NCBI GenBank assembly: GCA_035285865.1
Contig: JAYKHS010000004.1
Coordinates: 64,824 to 128,823 of the forward strand
DNA: 64,000 nt
Source of the DNA: Candidatus Sericytochromatia bacterium
Lineage (GTDB): Bacteria; Cyanobacteriota; Sericytochromatia; S15B-MN24; VGJW01
Direction: 5' to 3'
Shown piece after piece: positions 58,560 through 64,000 of this stretch (position 1 is the stretch's first letter; each line of letters starts with the position of its first letter). A program made the translations under genes and the position numbers. Below the pieces are notes generated by a model. That model searched no databases and was not told the DNA's origin. It worked only from the letters and a program-made list of their open reading frames with translations.

Positions 58560-58916
58560 TTGGCCGACACCCGCAATCACAAGATCTTCCAGATGGCCTT
58601 TGCTGCGGTCTATCCGCTGTATCTGGCCAAGGTCGAGCGGAAGGGGCGGACCCGGACCGAGTTGGATGCCGTGATCACGTGGCTGACGGGCTTCGATGCG
58701 GTCGAGCTCGAAGAGCACCTGGCTGCCCAGACGACCTTTGCCGACTTCTTCGCGGCTGCGCGTCTCCATCCCGATGCCGTGAAGATCAAAGGCGTCATCT
58801 GCGGGATTCGGGTCGAGGAGATCGCGGATCCGTTGATGCAGCAGATCCGTTACCTGGACAAGCTGGTCGACGAATTGGCCAAGGGGCGCGCTCTGGACAA
58901 GGTGCTGAGTCGGTAG
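58560..58916 (+). CDS. DUF2200 family protein
   Basis: AGGAG RBS then TTG; FAAVYPLY..KVERKGRT, GVICG.RVE, IRYLDKLVDELAKG. Confidence 0.9.
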   Translation: MADTRNHKIFQMAFAAVYPLYLAKVERKGRTRTELDAVITWLTGFDAVELEEHLAAQTTFADFFAAARLHPDAVKIKGVICGIRVEEIADPLMQQIRYLDKLVDELAKGRALDKVLSR

Positions 58917-59081
58917 GGCTGCCGTTTCGCGGGAGATGCTTAGGGTGATCGCTGGTCGCGCTGCTGGCTGGATGGGCGGTCTCCCGACCGCAGCAGGATG
59001 CTCGGCAGGTACGTCGGTTTCTTGATGGGGACGGGAGGCAGTAGCCGCTGAACGCGAGGGGCCGCTTGCTTTGGGGTGCGC

Positions 59082-59927
59082 TCAGTGAAGGCACTGCAGC
59101 AGGCCTTTGTTTTTCACCACGTTCTTGTAGTCCCACTGGATCGACTGGGCCTTCTCGAGCCAACGCCGCACCACCCCCGCATCGAGTTCCTCAACAGCGG
59201 CGTACCGGGTCTCGGCAGCCTTGAACTTGCCGACTGGGGATAGTGCTGGCTCGTCGAAAGATTGGCCGCTCCAGAAGAGCAACCGAACTCCCTCCTTGTG
59301 CGTGCTGTAGCCGACGATCGGGTTCTGTTCGAGGAACCACACAGGGTGACCGTGCCAGACCTTGCTCTCTGCCCCGGGGAGCGATTTAGCGATGAGATCA
59401 GCCAGTACGTCACAGAGGGCGCGAACCTCGTCGGACCGCGAGGCGTTGTAAGAGGTGATGTCGGTCTTCGTCGCGACGGGACTTGAACCGCCGACGCGCC
59501 GTTCCGAGTTCTTGGGTTTCCCCTTGCCTGCCGCTCTTCTTAATACCTTTCCAGCTGCCTGCTCGACTCGCCAGCGCGTCAGGCGCCGGACGAGATCCGC
59601 GGGTAGGGGCGCGTCGTGAGGTACTCGGATGGCTCCCTTGGAAGTTGCGAATCCCGCGAGGTCGTCTGCGAAGTATGCGATGGCAGCGGAGCCGGGATAG
59701 ATCCCGACGTGTTGCTTGAACGCTCCCAGGTGGATGAGGTTCTCACCCTGATGCCAGGTTGCGAGTCCATAAGCGATGCGCTCGCTGGCTTCCGGAGCTT
59801 CTGCGCGGATGACGTCAGCCAGAGCACGAAGACGACTGCGGGCAGGTTCCGGCGCGGCATCCATGTAGGCCGTGACGGCGCCGGGGACCGCAGGAGGTGG
59901 GCTCTTCGGCATTGGCTGGGACTCCAT
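59082..59927 (-). CDS. Tandem DUF1801 (YdhG-like) domain protein
   Basis: Domain 1 YMDAAP..ERIAYG..HVGIYP..SKGAI; domain 2 SKVWHGHPVWF..LLFWSGQSF..QWDYKN. Confidence 0.8.
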   Translation of the reverse strand: MESQPMPKSPPPAVPGAVTAYMDAAPEPARSRLRALADVIRAEAPEASERIAYGLATWHQGENLIHLGAFKQHVGIYPGSAAIAYFADDLAGFATSKGAIRVPHDAPLPADLVRRLTRWRVEQAAGKVLRRAAGKGKPKNSERRVGGSSPVATKTDITSYNASRSDEVRALCDVLADLIAKSLPGAESKVWHGHPVWFLEQNPIVGYSTHKEGVRLLFWSGQSFDEPALSPVGKFKAAETRYAAVEELDAGVVRRWLEKAQSIQWDYKNVVKNKGLLQCLH

Positions 59928-60010
59928 GGAACGGGGCGGTGCCTTTACCGGCAGTGAACAGGTTACTCGCTTCGCCGATTTTCTTCGTTGCGCAGCAGGC
60001 GTCGCTCGTG

Positions 60011-60240
60011 ATGCTCGGGTACGTCTTGTTGGTGGTAAGCGCTGTATGGCGCTGCCGGAAGTTCTGGCTCGAGCAGGTCGGCAGGGTGGTGCGAAAGCGA
60101 ACCGATGCCCTCAAATCCGGCAGCCCTTCCATCTGCTTTCCGGTCGAGGATCTCGAGGCGACCTGCGCTGCGCCGTTCGTTCGAGGAGTGCAGGCGACTG
60201 AGGTGGGAGATCGCCTTGGCCTGATGAGCTTTGCGCCAGC
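60011..60240 (+). pseudogene. Degenerate VOC/glyoxalase family fragment
   Basis: LGYVLLVV..KFWLEQVG and PSICFPVEDLEAT..RGV resemble VOC halves; middle deleted and DPDGN motif absent. Confidence 0.35.
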
Positions 60241-60290
60241 TGCTCGCATGAATGGCTGCAAATGCGCGAGCGCCGCGCCCCATAGGCTTT

Positions 60291-61241
60291 CTACGCAGTG
60301 AAGCCCTCGATGCCCGCGAGCGGAGCGACGACGTCCCAGACGGCCCGGCAGGTCGGCATGTCCGCGATCGCCTTGGGCCAGGAGCGGTCTCGGCAGCGCG
60401 TGTCGACGTAGCGCCCGGTCACGCCGTCCAGGTCGGAGCTCGAGGCGAGGTGCACCGTCGATCGCGACGCATTCTCCGCGGACTGCCCGCCGTCCTCGCG
60501 CGTCATCCACCGGAACAGCGGGTAGATGAGCCGCATCGGGCCCGGCAGGTCGGCCGCGGTGACCGCGCGCGTCATCGCCGTGGATGCCTGCCCCGGGTAG
60601 CAGACGTTCACCGTGCGTCCCGAGGCCGACCAGCGGTGGGCGAGCTCGCGCATCGTCGCCATCATGACGAGTTTGTGGTGCGCGTAGAGCGAGAGCGCGA
60701 TGAAGTGCCGTTCTCCCTGCAGGTTCTCGAGGTCGAGCTTCGAGGGGTGCTCGCCACCGGTCGGTGTGACGACGCGGGCCGTGGCAGCCAGGGCGGGTTC
60801 GAGCCGCTGGGACAAGCGCAGCGGCGCTGCGATGTTCACGGCGAAACCCCTCTCGAGCCCGTCTTCGGTTCGCTCGAGCACGCTCGGCATCAGGCCTGCG
60901 TTGTGGACGAGCATGTCGAGCGCGCGTCCACGACCGAGCCAGGCGTCCGCGACGGCGTCGACGCCGCGCCGCGTCGAGAGATCGCCGACCAGGAGCGAGA
61001 TGTGCGGGTTGCCCGATTGCTCGCGCAGCTGCGCCACCGCGGCCTCGCCGCGCGCCGCATCGCGGCCGGTGACCGTGACGTCGAACCCGAGCCGCGCGAG
61101 GGCACGCGCGGACGCGAAGCCGATGCCGCCGGTACCGCCCGTGAGCAGCACGTGTCTTCCTGCGTGTCCGGTCGTGCGAAGTCGTGCTCTGGGTGCGTCG
61201 CGCTCGAGCGCTCCATACCCGTCTCGCCCCGCGTGCTCCAA
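60291..61241 (-). CDS. Short-chain dehydrogenase, apparently foreign; 5' end uncertain
   Basis: TGGTGGIG, HNAG, YAHHK, YPG; CTC/GCG-heavy codon use unlike upstream genes. Confidence 0.8.
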   Translation of the reverse strand: MEHAGRDGYGALERDAPRARLRTTGHAGRHVLLTGGTGGIGFASARALARLGFDVTVTGRDAARGEAAVAQLREQSGNPHISLLVGDLSTRRGVDAVADAWLGRGRALDMLVHNAGLMPSVLERTEDGLERGFAVNIAAPLRLSQRLEPALAATARVVTPTGGEHPSKLDLENLQGERHFIALSLYAHHKLVMMATMRELAHRWSASGRTVNVCYPGQASTAMTRAVTAADLPGPMRLIYPLFRWMTREDGGQSAENASRSTVHLASSSDLDGVTGRYVDTRCRDRSWPKAIADMPTCRAVWDVVAPLAGIEGFTA

Positions 61242-61446
61242 TCCGCCGCCATCACCGAGGATGAAGGCAGGCGCAGTGCCCCGACCGATGACGCATCCTG
61301 TGGCCCGCCATGCCGGTGCTCGGACTTGGCGGGGGCGTACTCACGGAGCCTTCCTTCGGACGCCCGGAGGCTGACGCGCTGCCAAACTCGTGACCGCATG
61401 CTGGTGGGCCTCGGCGATGAGAGGGCGAGCTTCTGCGGAAAGCGAT

Positions 61447-61594
61447 GCCGCAGCTCTTGCGCGGAGCAGGGCGTTCCGCGGGTCCACGACTTCGCTGCGC
61501 GCAACCCCGCGATCCGACGGCCTAAAACGGCGAATGCCCCGGAGGGTTGATGGTCGAGCCTTCCTGTTGACCGTCCAAGCCCACATTACGGCTT
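61447..61594. repeat. Diverged direct repeat, copy 1 (pairs with 63579..63726)
   Basis: Shared blocks GAGCAGGGCG, GACTTCGC, GCGCAACCCCGCG, CTAAAACGGCGAA, CTTCCTGT, CCAAGCCC.CATTACGGCTT. Confidence 0.85.
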
Positions 61595-61716
61595 AGGGTG
61601 AAATGTCTCCCAAGTGCTCCGGACGGACGCCGCGGCCGGCTTCCACGATGAGGACGCGGTGGACTTGCCTTCGACGCCCTAGGCGCGTATCTTTTCTTCC
61701 GAAGGATTAATACAGA

Positions 61717-62295
61717 ATGACCGCCGCAGCCCCCCGCCTCGAGCCTGGACGCGTGTACCGCACGCGTGAGCTCGCGACGTGGAGCGCGAACGCGCCGCGG
61801 CTGGCTCGCCGGCTGGTCGACGAGGGCGCGCTCGTCCCACTCGCGCATGGTCTCTTCGCGCATCTGCGGCCGAGCCGCTTCGGGCCTGTGCCCCCGCGCG
61901 ACGAGGAGATCATGCGGGCGTTCCTCGACGGGGGGCCGTTCGTGTTCACGGGACCGGAGCGCTGGAATGCGCTGGGCCTCGGCACCACGGCCGTGTTCGC
62001 CGTGCCGCTCGTCTACAACACGAAGCGCTCCGGGACATTCACCTTCGGCAACCGTCGCTTTGTCCTCCGGCGGGTCGCGTTCCCTGAGAACCCGCCCGCG
62101 GAGTGGTTCGTCGTCGACCTGTTCGAACACGCCGACCAGGCCGCCGCCTCGCCCACGGACCTCGCCCAGGCCCTCGAGCGAGCGCTCGCACAGGGACGGT
62201 TCGACCGCGACCGGATGCTCGAGCTTGCGCGGCGCTACGGCTCGCGCGCGACGCAGTCGCTGATCGCCGGCGCGCTCGCGGCGAGTGCATCGTGA
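61717..62295 (+). CDS. Putative type IV TA antitoxin (AbiEi-like, N-terminal wHTH)
   Basis: VYRTREL..RLVDEG.L..LAHGLF wHTH pattern; TG...NALGLGT; GTGA overlap with the toxin. Confidence 0.7.
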   Translation: MTAAAPRLEPGRVYRTRELATWSANAPRLARRLVDEGALVPLAHGLFAHLRPSRFGPVPPRDEEIMRAFLDGGPFVFTGPERWNALGLGTTAVFAVPLVYNTKRSGTFTFGNRRFVLRRVAFPENPPAEWFVVDLFEHADQAAASPTDLAQALERALAQGRFDRDRMLELARRYGSRATQSLIAGALAASAS

Positions 62296-63263
62296 GCTTT
62301 GTCCACGAGAGCGGTCAGGAGTTCGCGGACCTCCTCGAGATCGTCGCCGCCGAGCGCGGCCTGCGTCGCTCGATCGTCGAGAAGGACTACTGGGTCACCC
62401 ACGCGCTGTGGGCGCTCTCCGTCGCCGGGTTCGAGGTCTGGTTCAAGGGCGGAACGTCGCTGTCGAAGGGCTTCGGTCTCATCGAGCGGTTCTCCGAGGA
62501 CCTGGACCTGAAGGTCGAGCCCGGCGCCGTGACGGCGATACCTGCTGTGTCGAGTTGGAAGAGCGAAGGCGCCAAGGCGACCGCGGAGCGCCGAGCGTAC
62601 TTTGAGGCGTTCACGCGCGCGTTCGCCGTGCCGGGCTGTAGGATCGCGCTCGACGTCGCGTCGATCGACAAGGCGTGGCGGGGCGCGAGTCTGCGCGTCG
62701 TGTATCCGAGCGTGTACCCTGGCGAGCTGCCGCCCGAGGTCTCGGACCACATCCTGCTCGAGGTCGGGAGCGCGCGCGTGACCCCGTACGTCCCGCGCGA
62801 CATCACATCCTGGGTCCACCAGAAGCTCGACGCGTCTGGGCTCGGCGCGGAGTTTGACGACAACCGCGCGCGCGGCGTTCGGTGCGTTCACCCGCTCGTG
62901 ACCCTCCTCGAGAAGCTCGACGCGCTGCATCGCCGCTTTCCGAACGAAAATGCAGCTCCCCAGACCTTCGTGCGTCACTACGAGGACGCCGCCCGGCTGG
63001 CCCTCGGCGCGGGTACGCTTCCTTCGCTCGAGGGCTACGCCGACGTGCGTGCGCTCGCGGGCGAGATGCTGGCGCAACGACAGTTGGTCGGGATGCCGAG
63101 CGCCGACGACGTCGCGCTCCTGCCGCGCGACGACGAACGCTGGAAAGCGATCCGGAGCGCTCATGCCGCGATCGAGGCGATGTTCTGGGGCCCGCGGATC
63201 CCGATTGAGGAAGCCTGCGCGTCGATTCGCGAATGGATTGGGGCGGAGCTCGGAGCGAGCTGA
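62292..63263 (+). CDS. abiEii: AbiEii/AbiGii-family nucleotidyltransferase toxin
   Basis: EKDYWV, FKGGTSLSKG..IERFSEDLD, TLLEK, RHYED. Confidence 0.9.
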   Translation: MSFVHESGQEFADLLEIVAAERGLRRSIVEKDYWVTHALWALSVAGFEVWFKGGTSLSKGFGLIERFSEDLDLKVEPGAVTAIPAVSSWKSEGAKATAERRAYFEAFTRAFAVPGCRIALDVASIDKAWRGASLRVVYPSVYPGELPPEVSDHILLEVGSARVTPYVPRDITSWVHQKLDASGLGAEFDDNRARGVRCVHPLVTLLEKLDALHRRFPNENAAPQTFVRHYEDAARLALGAGTLPSLEGYADVRALAGEMLAQRQLVGMPSADDVALLPRDDERWKAIRSAHAAIEAMFWGPRIPIEEACASIREWIGAELGAS

Positions 63264-63578
63264 AGGTCGATGTATTCGCAATAGTCGGCGTTGGCGGCGC
63301 CACACTGTTCCACAGCCGACGACGACGCTCGGCGACAAAGTTGTATCGAGCGTTCCGCGAACTACCCTGTTCCGCGGGTTGCGGAACAGAGCCTGTCCGC
63401 GCCCGTGATGCCAGGCTCTCGAGAGCCTCTCGAGAGCGCTCAAGAAATCCGCGCCGCGATGTCCCACCCGCCGACGTTCACCATCAGATCTTCGGTGGTA
63501 ACCGCTTCCGAGGCGTCTCTGGGCCGTCCCAGAGCCCGAAAGACCTCCAAAAGACCCGGGCCGGCTCTCGCATGAGAC

Positions 63579-63726
63579 GCCGCGGCTCTGGCGCAGAGCA
63601 GGGCGCGCCGGGCCCTCGGACCGCGACTTCGCGCAACCCCGCGTTCTCACGGGCTAAAACGGCGAAAGCCTCGGTGGGGTGACCACCGAGGCTTCCTGTC
63701 GACCGCCCAAGCCCGCATTACGGCTT
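63579..63726. repeat. Direct repeat, copy 2, adjoining the tRNA-Asn fragment
   Basis: Aligns with 61447..61594; contains an intact hairpin. Confidence 0.85.
63666..63694 (-). terminator. Terminator-like hairpin downstream of the tRNA-Asn 3' end
   Basis: 12-bp stem AAGCCTCGGTGG/CCACCGAGGCTT, 5-nt loop, T-rich tail on the minus strand. Confidence 0.65.
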
Positions 63727-63735
63727 GGTGTGCGA

Positions 63736-63784
63736 TGGCTCCGGCAACTGGACTCGAACCAGTGACCCGCTGATTAACAGTCAG
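63736..63784 (-). mobile_element. Attachment site: 3' half of tRNA-Asn(GTT)
   Basis: Minus strand CTGACTGTTAATCAGCGGGTCACTGGTTCGAGTCCAGTTGCCGGAGCCA gives anticodon arm, T arm, 3' acceptor strand and CCA; no D arm or 5' acceptor strand upstream. Confidence 0.85.
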
Positions 63785-63900
63785 TGGGTCTGAGGAATTA
63801 CGGGCAAATACCGAACTACCAAAAACTTGATCAAAGCCAGTAGATCCGCTAGTTTCAGCCATGTAAGCCTTGTCCTGGGGTTGCCGTCAATTCCTGCCTG

Positions 63901-63944
63901 TTGTTGCCCCGGCGTTGCCCCGTTGTTGCCCGGGCGTTGCCCCG
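63901..63944. repeat. 22-bp tandem repeat containing four GTTGCCC at 11-bp spacing
   Basis: TTGTTGCCCCGGCGTTGCCCCG then TTGTTGCCCGGGCGTTGCCCCG; GTTGCCC at 63903, 63914, 63925, 63936. Confidence 0.8.
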
Positions 63945-64000
63945 AACGGAGAGTCAACCGATGCCCCCGAGTCACATCCTGAGTCGATTCACGATGGAGA

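Noticed and set aside
58917..63450. Integron attC sites near 59045, 60220-60290 and 63356-63402
   Set aside because: Hairpins exist, but paired RYYYAAC/GTTRRRY ends are degenerate and no integron integrase is present
63736..63811. Intact tRNA-Asn gene
   Set aside because: Sequence upstream of the anticodon arm has no D arm and no strand pairing with the acceptor end; only the 3' half is present
1..64000. CRISPR array, rRNA, IS transposase
   Set aside because: No regularly spaced repeat-spacer units, rRNA-like tracts or transposase motifs recognised

Overview
GC-rich diderm bacterial chromosome segment. The ANNAAGLVGNHAGGL lipoprotein motif recalls Ca. Sericytochromatia, non-photosynthetic relatives of Cyanobacteria (inference only). 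0.1-16.6 kb: an unusual type IV filament locus with a GT-C glycosyltransferase, four prepilins lacking Pro22 and sharing a (P)WGG motif, PilG/PilI-like accessory genes, a secretin with a coupled lipoprotein, PilC with a duplicated N-domain, PilM-N and PilO-P fusions, and a Pro-rich MshEN-type PilB. Then qng1 and exbB-exbD-tonB-TBDR (16.6-22.0 kb), and an uncharacterised coupled pair of a 1103-aa multidomain/TPR protein and a 453-aa coiled-coil protein (22.1-26.8 kb). The middle holds a split transketolase, stress and DNA-repair genes (SMUG1, Gpx, OxyR, FeS photolyase, Cry-DASH, Ogt, AlkD-like, ChrA), surface lipoproteins (including an Mtd/DGR-target-like CLec protein) and several signal-less effector-like orphans. 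The right end is an integration hotspot: an AbiE-type toxin-antitoxin pair bracketed by diverged ~148-bp direct repeats, a 3' half of tRNA-Asn (att site), and 11-bp-phased GTTGCCC repeats marking an element that runs out of the window. No CRISPR array, rRNA, intact tRNA, integrase or reverse transcriptase was seen. All family calls come from motif recognition by eye, not database searches.
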